Below are positions 19,803 to 29,635 of a stretch of DNA of 64,000 nucleotides, piece after piece. How positions within the stretch are numbered: position 1 is the first letter of the stretch; every line of letters starts with the position of its first letter. Source of the DNA: an uncultured Candidatus Saccharibacteria bacterium. Lineage in GTDB: Bacteria > Patescibacteriota > Minisyncoccia > Phycocordibacterales > UBA9973. The notes below the pieces were generated by a model, which saw only the letters and a list, made by a program, of their open reading frames with translations, ran no database searches and was not told where the DNA came from. Location of the stretch: the NCBI GenBank assembly GCA_964474435.1, contig CAYYSI010000001.1, positions 270,835 to 334,834 of the forward strand, read 5' to 3'. Both the position numbers and the translations under genes were made by a program.

Positions 19803-21767
19803 TTATTCTAAAATCTTTTTGAGGTCATCAGAAGAAATCTCTTGAATTTCCGGCGAAGGAGTAGGCACTGGAATTTCTGCAGGGCTTTCCGGCTTTGGAA
19901 TTGGTGGTGTTGGAGTTACAGGTTTTGTAGCTGACGCTGTATCACCCATGGCCTTTTGTAATGCCATTTTTAATATGTCGCGATTTTTCTCTGTGGGACC
20001 ACGCTCGGCATGTTTGACGGGCAACACTGTTTCGCGAAGTGGTTTCTCATCAGTAAACGGCGCGCCACCCTTTTCATGGATTGTTGCAGTGAGCGTCTCG
20101 GTTTTCTTTTCGACAATGATGTCTTTGGTTGGTGAACCATCGATCGCATCAAGCAAATGCTTGAGTTCAGACGATGCGGCAATTGGCTTTTCTGGTACTG
20201 CGTGTACTTGCACTGGAGTTTCAGTTGGGGCTGATTCTGTCGCAACCTTTTTGATCAATGCCTTTGCAAAGGGTTTGTGCATAGGTGCGGGATCCTTTGG
20301 TTTGAACATACGTGGAAGAATACCCTGCGCAGGAGAAGCAGTGTTTGGAGCTGATATTTTGGGTGGATTGTATGGAGCCGATGCACCAGGCTTTGTAGGA
20401 CTGGATTGGTATGCTCGATTGGGGTCTTCCCACTTCTTTTTAACTTTTTCTTCGGGTACGTCATTTGGATCCGGTGCAAACCAGTCAGCGATATTTTTCT
20501 CAACAGTTTCTTTGGGATTGGCATAGGCTGCGCGCGATGCTTCGATCGCATCGTTGCGGAATGTAATCGCAGGACGTGCAAGTGGTGGCAATGTCTTTGC
20601 AGAAAATGGCTGGGAGCCGATATCATTGATCATGAGCGACAGATAGATCTCTGCCATACCGAGGTTGATGATGTCGTTTGCGGTAAACTGTGGTGCAAAC
20701 ACTTTTTCAAGAAGCTCTGCATCAAGCGGCCCTACACGGAAACTCACTGTCGTCCCCACGTTGCCAAACACGGCATCACGCACCTTTTCTTCCATTTGTG
20801 CGACGTACTGGTGTGCAATGATGAGCGCGAGTTTGTATTTGCGCGCCTCTGCCAAAATGTCAGCAAATGTTTCGTTTGCAAATGATTGGAATTCGTCGAC
20901 ATAGAAATAAAAGTTTGAAAGTCCGCCCATTTGGTTTTGAGAGAGCTCTGCGCGACTCATTGCGGCAAGGTAGATCTTGGTGATGATCATTGATCCAAGG
21001 AGTGAAGTGTTGGTGTCCCCAATGCGTCCTTTGGAAAGGTTGATGATGAGGATCTTTTGTTCGTCCATCACCTTGCGAATATCAAAGGTGGACTTGGATT
21101 GGCCAATGATGTTGCGTACAAGTGGGTTTGCGGTGAATTGTCCGATCTTGTTTTGGATCGCAGGTACGGCTTCTGCGGCCATACGTTCGGTATAGTTTGC
21201 AAATTCTTCGGTCCAAAATGCTTTGACTGCAGCGTCAGTGATGTTGTCCACCACTTTTTTGCGGAAATTCTTTTCAGAAAGCATGCGGTTTACTCCAAGC
21301 AATGTCGCACCTGGGTACTCAAGAAGTGCCAAAAGTGTGTTCGTGAGGATGTACTCCATTCGAGCAGACCATGCATCAACCCAAATCTTCTTGAATGTAC
21401 TCATAAGTCCAGAGACCACGAGGTGGCGACGATCAGGACCGACGTCTTCGAGGACGTTGAATGAAATAGGATTCTCTGTATCAAACGGCGCAAAGTACAC
21501 GACGTCCTTGATACGATGCTCCGGGATGTACTCAAGCATCTTTTCGGCAAATGAGCCGTGTGGATCGAGTACTGCCACACCTTCACCGTGGTTGATGTCC
21601 TGGATCGCCATGTTTTCAAGCAAGGTAGATTTACCAACACCTGATTTACCGATCACGTACATGTGTCGTGTGCGGTCGCGGCTTTTGATACCAAACTTGA
21701 TGCGTTGTCCACGCGCATCAGTCTCTGCGAAATACGTAATGTGCTCGGGATCGTATGGAACGGTCAT
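19803..21767 (-). CDS. VirD4/TraD-like type IV secretion coupling ATPase with Pro-rich tail
   Basis: RHMYVIGKSGVGKS Walker A, LDPHG, YVDEFQSF Walker B, EARKYKLALIIAHQY. Confidence 0.85.
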   Translation of the reverse strand: MTVPYDPEHITYFAETDARGQRIKFGIKSRDRTRHMYVIGKSGVGKSTLLENMAIQDINHGEGVAVLDPHGSFAEKMLEYIPEHRIKDVVYFAPFDTENPISFNVLEDVGPDRRHLVVSGLMSTFKKIWVDAWSARMEYILTNTLLALLEYPGATLLGVNRMLSEKNFRKKVVDNITDAAVKAFWTEEFANYTERMAAEAVPAIQNKIGQFTANPLVRNIIGQSKSTFDIRKVMDEQKILIINLSKGRIGDTNTSLLGSMIITKIYLAAMSRAELSQNQMGGLSNFYFYVDEFQSFANETFADILAEARKYKLALIIAHQYVAQMEEKVRDAVFGNVGTTVSFRVGPLDAELLEKVFAPQFTANDIINLGMAEIYLSLMINDIGSQPFSAKTLPPLARPAITFRNDAIEASRAAYANPKETVEKNIADWFAPDPNDVPEEKVKKKWEDPNRAYQSSPTKPGASAPYNPPKISAPNTASPAQGILPRMFKPKDPAPMHKPFAKALIKKVATESAPTETPVQVHAVPEKPIAASSELKHLLDAIDGSPTKDIIVEKKTETLTATIHEKGGAPFTDEKPLRETVLPVKHAERGPTEKNRDILKMALQKAMGDTASATKPVTPTPPIPKPESPAEIPVPTPSPEIQEISSDDLKKILE

Positions 21768-21869
21768 AGGTATCTGTAGTATAGCAGTAATATTTTTAAT
21801 TTACCCAATAGGAGAAACGCATCATTTGACATTTTATACATTTAATAGTATTTTACTTAAAAAATTATC

Positions 21870-22316
21870 ATGAAAAAAAATAAAATATGGGAAAATGCTC
21901 GGTTGTTCGTAGAAAAGGCGTCGGACAAACTCGGAACAGGTATTGATGAAAATATTAAGGATCTAACAATTACGATGAGGGCATTCGGTTTTAATACCTC
22001 ACAATCTTGTGAAGGACATATTGATCATGGTTACCCTTATCCTTGGATTGAAATACGAAACGAAGATCCCGATAAAAGTCTCTTGGAAGAACTACGTATG
22101 ACGAACTTTGTCGAGGAATTTTATGAAAAAAGAATTTCATATAAGTATGCCCGCATCGTAGTCTTTCACTACAAAAATAGATTTCGGGTTCAGACATACG
22201 TAAAAGAAGCATTCCAAAAGATTGCAAATTCTGAGGATTATAATCTTTTCAAAGAAAATTGCTCACGTGAAATGAAAGATTTTGCGGAGTTCTTAAGAGT
22301 AAAATTCTGGAATTAA
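21870..22316 (+). CDS. Hypothetical protein (TSQSCEGH motif)
   Basis: ORF with TTGACA-17-TATTTT promoter. Confidence 0.7.
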   Translation: MKKNKIWENARLFVEKASDKLGTGIDENIKDLTITMRAFGFNTSQSCEGHIDHGYPYPWIEIRNEDPDKSLLEELRMTNFVEEFYEKRISYKYARIVVFHYKNRFRVQTYVKEAFQKIANSEDYNLFKENCSREMKDFAEFLRVKFWN

Positions 22317-22360
22317 AAGAAGCCGCTCAATGAGCGGCTTTGTTTTTGGAATTTTTTACC

Positions 22361-23041
22361 TTAATTAACACGAGGGACATTTTTATCAGCTCTTTTTTTA
22401 CGAAGTGTTTTGATAACCTTTCCTTCACTTTTTGCTTTTTCCATTCTTTTTGTAAATGGTTCAAACATATTATTGAGAAAGAGCTTTGTCTTATCACTAA
22501 CTGGAATGTCGAGAAAATATATTTCCTCTCTTCTGTTTCGGTGAATATGTCCACGCTTTTTTGTCTTACATGTAAACTTTCGTACATGCATAACACCCGG
22601 AATTATTTCAAATCCCATAAAATGATCACAGTCAGGATCAATGGGCCAATGATCAACCATGTCTTTGAAAGCTCGTGCGCACTCCTTGATTTTGTTTGGA
22701 AACCCTTCAGTAAACAAGATGTCTGGTGAACTCAGGTATGTACCTGATGATATATGCTCAAGTCGAGCATATGCCCATTTCGTCTCATCGACGCGACCAG
22801 TTGCTCCGCTGACATTAAGAAATATCCGAGCACGTACTGTTTGGTTCCTGTACGTTCGCTCACATACATATTGAATCTTAAATCCGGATCTCCCACGTTT
22901 TTGTGGAGTTGTTGAAATGTCGTTTTTCGACTTCATTTCTTCAACGATTTCCTCGATATTTAATCGACGCCACGTCATTGATTCTAATTCATCAAAAATG
23001 TTTTTCCATACCCAATCTGTTGGTAATACTTTGTACGCCAT
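22361..23041 (-). CDS. Hypothetical orphan protein
   Basis: 226 aa ORF preceded by AAGGAGGG Shine-Dalgarno. Confidence 0.65.
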   Translation of the reverse strand: MAYKVLPTDWVWKNIFDELESMTWRRLNIEEIVEEMKSKNDISTTPQKRGRSGFKIQYVCERTYRNQTVRARIFLNVSGATGRVDETKWAYARLEHISSGTYLSSPDILFTEGFPNKIKECARAFKDMVDHWPIDPDCDHFMGFEIIPGVMHVRKFTCKTKKRGHIHRNRREEIYFLDIPVSDKTKLFLNNMFEPFTKRMEKAKSEGKVIKTLRKKRADKNVPRVN

Positions 23042-23142
23042 AATTCCCTCCTTTTGTTTTATTGTTTAAGAATCTATTTCTTTCCCACAATACCACAAAT
23101 CACACAAAAAGAAAGACCGCTTGCGCGGTCATCTTTTTGAAA

Positions 23143-23205
23143 CTATTTTGCTGCTTTTTTTGGTTTCTTTACTTCTTTTCGTTGTCTATTGTCTCCTTTT
23201 CCCAT
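23143..23205 (-). CDS. Candidate 20-aa basic micro-protein
   Basis: MGKGDNRQRKEVKKPKKAAK; TATAAT shortly upstream and terminator hairpin downstream. Confidence 0.55.
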   Translation of the reverse strand: MGKGDNRQRKEVKKPKKAAK

Positions 23206-23246
23206 AGTGTTGTTGATTATACTTGTATGTAGATAGTATACGTCGC

Positions 23247-24929
23247 TTATTCTTTTGCTTCAAGTACCATCATCATACGCGCAATGCGAATCTCATCATA
23301 CGAATACCTGTCTCCGAGCGCTTCGCGTATCGGCGCGAGCTTGGTCGTGTCGGCAGATTGAAATGCGCGTTTGATCTCTGGGTACCCTTTGCGGATCTTG
23401 TCCGTGATCAGATAGTCGATGTCATCATATGAGAGACGACCGTTCATGACGAGCTTTTCTAGATGGCCAAATATTGTCACTGGTACGAGGCCGCGCTCTT
23501 TGCCGATCACACTAATCGGTTTACCTTGGAGGACGAGCATGAGAGTGGTTTCAAGTGTGTCGCCTTTTTCCTTCTTCACCTTTGGAGATTTTTTGGTCAC
23601 CGTGCCGCCATTGGCCAAGATGAAGTTGTGATGCATTGTTTCAATGTCGTCTGCACGCATATCACCGAATGTCAGTGCTGCAGACTCTGACTGCTGCGCA
23701 AACTTTCCATCGACTTCGAGAATACGCGGGTGGACCTGGAATGTTCGCTGGTTCCACCCAAGCAAGTGCAGGCCATCAAGTGTGCGCACACGAGAGAGCG
23801 CCACGTACCCTTGTCCGTATTCAAATACTTCGCGCAAGTCCATCACTGCGGCGTCCATACTCATCCCCTGACTTTTGTGGATCGTTATCGCCCACGCGAG
23901 CCTCAGTGGGATTTGTTGGATCATTGCCTTTTGTTTCCCATTTTCCTCCACGACCCATTCAGTCGGCTCGACAACAATACGCTCGCCTTTGTGCGTCTCG
24001 ATGATCGGATACTTCGTCCCCTGTTCAAATCCAGTGACCGTTCCGAGTGTGCCGTTCACATATCCTTTTTGACTATTATTTTTTGTACACATGACAATTG
24101 CGCCAACCTTGAGGACAAGTCGTTCTGGTGAAAGGCATCCCTTTTGCAAACTTGCAACCAGACTGTCCTTGCCTTTAGTCTGCATTGAAAAAATGTTCGG
24201 AAGTGTGGTGAGTTTTTCGAGCTCACGCGTATTGATATCGTCGACGTCGACGTTGTGTGCAAAGAGCCGTGTCACACTACTTTCGTGATCGAGTGCGTGC
24301 TCGGCAGATATCTGTCTCTTTTGCAAATGATCATGATGCATCTGGTCATATTCATTTTTGCGAATGGCAGAAAGGATGGAGAGGAAGTTGGTATCGCTTT
24401 GACGGTGTTGTTCAGTCAGGTAGCACATCACCGGTCGCATCCGTTTCCATGCGTCTGACTCAAATGCAAACTGCGCCTGATCTCCTCCTTTGGTGACTGG
24501 CGGAAGTTGAAAGAAATCTCCGACAAGTATCACCTGCATGCCACCAAATGCTTCGTCGCTATGTCGCACCTCGCGACAAACCATGTCGACCATATCGAGC
24601 GTGCGTGCATCGATCATCGATACTTCATCGAGTATCAACACTTTGGTACCTTGAATACGGCGTACGAGATATTCAGTTGTTGTGATGTGATCAAGGTCGT
24701 ATGGTGCAAGACTTCGTCTGATACCAATACCGCTCCATGAGTGGATCGTCTGTCCATGAATGTGTGTTGCTGCAATACCTGTCGATGCGGTGATCGCAGG
24801 CTCGATGCCATGCTCGCGCAGGTATGCGACGTACTGATTGATGGTATGCGTTTTGCCCGCGCCTGGCTCTCCGGTGAGGAACACATTTGCTCCCGTTTTG
24901 AGTATGGTGAGTGCTTCGGCTTGGGTCAT
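23247..24929 (-). CDS. PIF1-like helicase with C-terminal HTH
   Basis: FLTGEPGAGKT, ASTGIAA, DEVSM, FGGMQVILVGDFFQLPPV, LAWAITIHKSQG, YVALSR; start MTQAEAL. Confidence 0.92.
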   Translation of the reverse strand: MTQAEALTILKTGANVFLTGEPGAGKTHTINQYVAYLREHGIEPAITASTGIAATHIHGQTIHSWSGIGIRRSLAPYDLDHITTTEYLVRRIQGTKVLILDEVSMIDARTLDMVDMVCREVRHSDEAFGGMQVILVGDFFQLPPVTKGGDQAQFAFESDAWKRMRPVMCYLTEQHRQSDTNFLSILSAIRKNEYDQMHHDHLQKRQISAEHALDHESSVTRLFAHNVDVDDINTRELEKLTTLPNIFSMQTKGKDSLVASLQKGCLSPERLVLKVGAIVMCTKNNSQKGYVNGTLGTVTGFEQGTKYPIIETHKGERIVVEPTEWVVEENGKQKAMIQQIPLRLAWAITIHKSQGMSMDAAVMDLREVFEYGQGYVALSRVRTLDGLHLLGWNQRTFQVHPRILEVDGKFAQQSESAALTFGDMRADDIETMHHNFILANGGTVTKKSPKVKKEKGDTLETTLMLVLQGKPISVIGKERGLVPVTIFGHLEKLVMNGRLSYDDIDYLITDKIRKGYPEIKRAFQSADTTKLAPIREALGDRYSYDEIRIARMMMVLEAKE

Positions 24930-24995
24930 AGGTGAAGCATATTTTACTACAAATGAGAGGTATACGTGAATATATAAAAAAGGTAGAATGCATGT

Positions 24996-25940
24996 ATGAA
25001 ATCTCGCAAACACAAAAAAAGCGCAACAATCATCCTCGTATGCGTGTTTGCAGTCGGCATTGGACTCTTTGTGCTCTATAGAAACAAGGCGAGTATTCCG
25101 ACGAATCCCGCACAAGCAACGATCCCTACACCAGATACCGTCCCAACATCCGTCACTGAGCCACTTACGCCTTCGACCTCGATTCCGACCTATCACGTAC
25201 TCACAACGACGACGAGTACTCCGGGGGCTGAGCTCGCCAAAGAAGTTGGTATGAAAAATGTCCCGTTTACACTCGCGCTTAACCGCCTCGATGTAAAACA
25301 CATCCCACAAGATGCCAAGCTCATCATTCCTGATTCATTTGCAGACACCGACATCTATGCTCCATTTCCTGAAACCATTTCCTCGGCACAAGATATTCCA
25401 AAATTATTTATTGTCTCAAAACGCGTCCAAGCATTTGCTGCATACGAGAACGGCAAGCGCGTACGCTGGGGCACAGTCAGTACTGGAAAAAGTACGACTC
25501 CAACTCCCAGCCGCCTCTATGCAACCAACTGGAAAGGTAAACTTGTGACGAGCACACTTGAGGACGCATATCAGTTGCCTTGGTATTTCAACCTCGACAG
25601 CCTCGAAGGTATCTCGATGCACCAGTTTGATCTCCCAGGCTATCCTGCAAGTCATTCATGCATTCGCCTCTCCGAAGAAGACGCGATGTGGATCTATGAA
25701 TGGGCAGAACAATGGGTGCTCGCCGCTGATGGACAAACAATGCTCGCAAACGGTACTCCAGTGATTATCTTTGGTGACTATGCCTATGGCAAAACTGCTC
25801 CTTGGAAAAAACTCGCCGAAGATCCGACTGCAACCACACTCTCTACTGATGAGTTACGCGACATTGTTGAGAAGTATCATACTGAAATACAAGAGCGAGC
25901 TGCAGAACGAGAAAAAGTATTACATCCATCTGCACAATAA
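24996..25940 (+). CDS. L,D-transpeptidase (YkuD family)
   Basis: N-terminal TM, VSTGK..TP, PGYPASHSCIRL catalytic motif. Confidence 0.9.
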   Translation: MKSRKHKKSATIILVCVFAVGIGLFVLYRNKASIPTNPAQATIPTPDTVPTSVTEPLTPSTSIPTYHVLTTTTSTPGAELAKEVGMKNVPFTLALNRLDVKHIPQDAKLIIPDSFADTDIYAPFPETISSAQDIPKLFIVSKRVQAFAAYENGKRVRWGTVSTGKSTTPTPSRLYATNWKGKLVTSTLEDAYQLPWYFNLDSLEGISMHQFDLPGYPASHSCIRLSEEDAMWIYEWAEQWVLAADGQTMLANGTPVIIFGDYAYGKTAPWKKLAEDPTATTLSTDELRDIVEKYHTEIQERAAEREKVLHPSAQ

Positions 25941-25979
25941 AAAATCCCGATATACTCGGGATTTTTTATTTATCTATAT

Positions 25980-26342
25980 TTACCCAATCGAGATCAAGAG
26001 GAGGAGTGCGCCGATGAGCGCGATGTTCTTGGTGAAGTTGATGCGTTCTGACATACGAGCCATCATGTCTGATTCCTTCCAAAACTTGTGCATGATGATG
26101 GTCGTTGGCACAAGCATGAGCACCACGAGACACATACCGAGGATTGCAAATTTGTTTGCAAGGATTGCGAGACCGCCGAGCGCAAGCATTGCACCACTAA
26201 TGATCACTGCTGCCTTTGCGAGTGGTACGCCTTTCATTTTGGCATAGCCTGCCATATGATTGACGTTTTTGAAGTGGTTGTAACCACTATAGACAAAGTA
26301 GCCACCAAGAAGAATTCGTCCGATTAAAAATATTACTTGCAT
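25980..26342 (-). CDS. DoxX family membrane protein
   Basis: GRILLGGYF..SG..HF, HKFW, FTKNIALIGALL. Confidence 0.88.
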   Translation of the reverse strand: MQVIFLIGRILLGGYFVYSGYNHFKNVNHMAGYAKMKGVPLAKAAVIISGAMLALGGLAILANKFAILGMCLVVLMLVPTTIIMHKFWKESDMMARMSERINFTKNIALIGALLLLISIG

Positions 26343-26387
26343 ACGATAAATGATGTAGTTATTTGCTAATACTCCTCAAGTATACAC

Positions 26388-26753
26388 TTATTGTGCCTTT
26401 GTGAAAGTATTGACGGTGACCTCTTTTGAAGTCGAATCATAGGTATAGCTGAGCGTGCCCTTGCCCGCAATGTGTCCATCTTCGTAGGAAATAGCTGCAG
26501 TATCCGTCTGTGGATCAACCACTACCTCTGTCGTGTAGAGTGTGCCACCAAGTACTGCTTCTTCGCCAACAAGTGCTGCGAGATCGGCATTCTTGATATA
26601 AAGCTCTACTGCAGCGACTTCGTCTGCGTCACTCACCGGAGATGTAGTATCTGCAGGAGATGTCGTCGTTGGTGCATTCGTTTTAACTAGTCCGACAACG
26701 AACCAGATAAGTACAAGTATGGCAAAGACGATAACAATTCGTTTTGTAGTCAT
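26388..26753 (-). CDS. Hypothetical exported protein
   Basis: N-terminal TM, AVLGGT..YEDGHI. Confidence 0.7.
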   Translation of the reverse strand: MTTKRIVIVFAILVLIWFVVGLVKTNAPTTTSPADTTSPVSDADEVAAVELYIKNADLAALVGEEAVLGGTLYTTEVVVDPQTDTAAISYEDGHIAGKGTLSYTYDSTSKEVTVNTFTKAQ

Positions 26754-26777
26754 ACACCAAGTATACACCCGACGCGA

Positions 26778-27161
26778 TCAATCAATATGTCGCATCGTTG
26801 TGCGAATACGCTCGTAGTCAGGTATTTGTTGCGCCACAAGGTCCCAGAAAGATTCTCCATGATTGAACTCCTGGAGATGGCAGAGCTCGTGTACGATGAG
26901 GTAGTCTTGGGACTCGGGTGGCAGAGTTATGATCTTCCAATTGAAGTTGAGGTTGCGATTGCTCGAACAGCTCCCCCACCGTGTGCGCTGATTTTTGATA
27001 AAGACTTTGTTGTATGAAAAGTTGTAAAACTGATTGAAATGCGCAAGTCTCGCATGTACAAGTGTGCGAGCTGCTTCGCGATCGATAGCATTCACCTTTC
27101 GTTTGTGATATCGCCGTTTAGGTGGTCGCGTACCAAAGAGTATTTTGAAAAACGTATGCAT
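26778..27161 (-). CDS. YgjP/M48-like zinc metalloprotease (DUF45)
   Basis: QRTRWGSCSS, YLIVHELCHLQEFNH..FW. Confidence 0.9.
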   Translation of the reverse strand: MHTFFKILFGTRPPKRRYHKRKVNAIDREAARTLVHARLAHFNQFYNFSYNKVFIKNQRTRWGSCSSNRNLNFNWKIITLPPESQDYLIVHELCHLQEFNHGESFWDLVAQQIPDYERIRTTMRHID

Positions 27162-27209
27162 GAGCCCTTATCATAGCCAATATTCCCTCTGCCTGCTATG
27201 CTCTCTGGT

Positions 27210-27782
27210 ATGAATATCAAAAGTGCTACATTTGTCCGATCCGTCGTCGATGACAACAGCATGGTCGAGGATACTTTGCCACAAGTAGCCTTTATTGGGC
27301 GTTCCAACGTCGGCAAATCAAGCGTCATCAATGCACTGACTGAGAAACGTGACCTTGCTCGATCAAGTAGCGCACCAGGGCATACCAAGGAGCTCAATTT
27401 CTTTTTGATCAACAACAAGTTCTATCTCGTCGACCTCCCCGGCTATGGCTATGCCAAAGGTTCGCATGCAAACCAAGAAACACTTCGCAACCGCATCCTC
27501 TGGTACTTTGGCAGCAAAAACATCAAACAACACAAAGTCATCCTCATCATCGATGCCAAAGTTGGTCCAACACGAGATGATGAAGACATGCTCGAGTACC
27601 TCATGGAACAAAAGAAAGATGTCATCATCATTGCCAACAAAATAGATAAACTCAAAGCAAATGATGTAAAAAAGAGTCTTGCAAATATAACCAAGATCCT
27701 CGGTCCTCACACCCTCATCCCCTTTTCTGCTGAAAAGAAAGTTGGTATTGGATTGCTTGCCGAAGCGATTGAGCCCAGATAA
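27210..27782 (+). CDS. engB: Ribosome biogenesis GTPase YihA/YsxC
   Basis: GRSNVGKSS, PGHTK, DLPGYG, NKIDK. Confidence 0.95.
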   Translation: MNIKSATFVRSVVDDNSMVEDTLPQVAFIGRSNVGKSSVINALTEKRDLARSSSAPGHTKELNFFLINNKFYLVDLPGYGYAKGSHANQETLRNRILWYFGSKNIKQHKVILIIDAKVGPTRDDEDMLEYLMEQKKDVIIIANKIDKLKANDVKKSLANITKILGPHTLIPFSAEKKVGIGLLAEAIEPR

Positions 27783-27862
27783 ACCCAAAGTATGTTACAA
27801 ATTAGAAATAAGTAACTGTACTAGACCTTTACACACTTCCTCTAATATTATATAAATCTGAT

Positions 27863-28114
27863 ATGAGAAACAGCAGAATGGCGTACCCTATAACTTTTGC
27901 ATTAATCCTTTTTGCTCTCTGGGAGACAATCCCTGTTCTGTCAGCAAAGAAAAATTGGCAGGAACAACCCTACTTACTTATTCCTTCGATATTGATCTTA
28001 GTCTTCACGGGAATTATTATCTATGCATTTTTAAAACGTCTAAGACGGAAAGATTCCTCAGTCACTGGAAATACAAAAATAAGGATTAACAATGAACCTC
28101 TTTCAAAAGAGTAG
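27863..28114 (+). CDS. Small hypothetical membrane protein
   Basis: Two hydrophobic segments. Confidence 0.5.
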   Translation: MRNSRMAYPITFALILFALWETIPVLSAKKNWQEQPYLLIPSILILVFTGIIIYAFLKRLRRKDSSVTGNTKIRINNEPLSKE

Positions 28115-28121
28115 CGTCTCG

Positions 28122-29357
28122 CTAAGCATTCATCCCCGCAACATACCCTGTCGTCCAACAGAGTTGGAGTGAGTAGCCGCCGGATGGACGTGTGATGTTC
28201 AGGAGATCACCAGTGACAAAGAGATTTGACATCTTTTTACTTCGCATAGTCTTGGTATCAATTTCCTCAAGTGTCACTCCCCCATCTGCAACAACTGCAC
28301 GGTCATAGCCCATGAGGTTCGTGATCGTGAGTGGCAACGCCTTTAATGCAATCACGATTTTTTTGCGGTCTTCTTTGCTCAAGCTATGCACCTTCGTTTC
28401 AAAATTAATTTCCTTTTCAAGCAATAATTGAATACCGGGCGCCATACCTTCGGGCACGATTGTTGCGAGCACATTTTTGAGCATTTTGTTTTTGCTTTGA
28501 TCAAGCGTCTTGATGATCTTGTCTTCAAGTGGTCCAAGGTCAGTGTCAGGATATGCATCGATCGTTGCAGTCACTTTTAACCCTTCTTGGAACATATCTG
28601 CAACCTTGCCCGCACTGTTGAGGATAAGTGGTCCGGAGAGGCCGAAGTGTGTAAAGAGAACCTTCCCAGTTTTGGTAAATGCCTTTTTGCCATCTGCAAA
28701 GAATGTGATCTTCATAAACGAAAGCGACGTACCCGAGAGTACCTTGGACCATGCTTCCTTTGTTGCCAGCGGCACGATCGTTGGCGTCGAAGCTTTCACA
28801 CTATGACCGAGATTGGTGAGCCATTTGAATCCGTCTCCCGTAGATCCTGTTTCTGGATGCGACATACCACCCGTCGATACGATATAAGACGTCGCCGTAT
28901 AGATATCTTTGCCGACTTGCACACCAGTGATCAGGTTATTTTCTGTCACAATCTTTTGCACTGCAGTATTGGTGAGTACGGTGCAGCCCCCCACACACCC
29001 CCTCATGACGTTGCACACATCTGGCGCGCGTTCGGTGTGTGGGAATGCGCGTTTGCGAGCTTGCACTACGAGCGGTAGTCCGCGTGACTCAAAAAATGCA
29101 AATGTATCCTTCACCCCAAATTGCGAAAATGCAGAATACAAGAAATGCTCGGCTTTGCCATAGTGTTTGAGTAGTGCACGCACGTCGTCTTCGGCATTGG
29201 TGACATTGCATCTGCCGCCACCAGTGATGTTGAGCTTCTGACCGAGTGCTTTATTTTTCTCAAGTATGAGTACTCGTTTGCCGCGTGCGCGAGCCGTGCC
29301 CGCAGCCATCATGCCACTTGCGCCACCTCCAATCACTATCACGTCGTAGTGTTCCAT
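28122..29357 (-). CDS. HI0933/BaiN-like flavoprotein
   Basis: IGGGASG, ITGGGRCNVTN, TGSTGDG, LFTHFGLSGP, GGYSLQ. Confidence 0.93.
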   Translation of the reverse strand: MEHYDVIVIGGGASGMMAAGTARARGKRVLILEKNKALGQKLNITGGGRCNVTNAEDDVRALLKHYGKAEHFLYSAFSQFGVKDTFAFFESRGLPLVVQARKRAFPHTERAPDVCNVMRGCVGGCTVLTNTAVQKIVTENNLITGVQVGKDIYTATSYIVSTGGMSHPETGSTGDGFKWLTNLGHSVKASTPTIVPLATKEAWSKVLSGTSLSFMKITFFADGKKAFTKTGKVLFTHFGLSGPLILNSAGKVADMFQEGLKVTATIDAYPDTDLGPLEDKIIKTLDQSKNKMLKNVLATIVPEGMAPGIQLLLEKEINFETKVHSLSKEDRKKIVIALKALPLTITNLMGYDRAVVADGGVTLEEIDTKTMRSKKMSNLFVTGDLLNITRPSGGYSLQLCWTTGYVAGMNA

Positions 29358-29447
29358 GTTCGCGATTGTACCAAACGTTTTCCCCTTTACCTATTGTCTA
29401 TATATTGGTATAATGAATTCCTATCAGATTAATATGAGATACATCGT

Positions 29448-29576
29448 ATGGAAGAAGATAACAAGTGTCCAAATTGCGGTGAAACGATGGTAGAAAAGGA
29501 TGGTGTTATGGTTTGCGAAAACTGCGAATCAAAAAAAGCAGCATCTGAAGCTCCTGCCGAAGAAGCAGCAATGTAA
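29448..29576 (+). CDS. 42-aa zinc-ribbon micro-protein
   Basis: MEEDNKCPNCGETMVEKDGVMVCENCESKK...; TGGTATAAT upstream, terminator 29598-29630. Confidence 0.75.
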   Translation: MEEDNKCPNCGETMVEKDGVMVCENCESKKAASEAPAEEAAM

Positions 29577-29635
29577 TTGAGATAGACAAGGTTAACGATA
29601 AAAACCCCTCAGCAATGAGGGGGTTTTTATTTTTC

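Noticed and set aside
24930-25310. 127-aa N-terminal extension of the helicase ORF
   Set aside because: Antisense overlap with the L,D-transpeptidase; the real start is probably 24929
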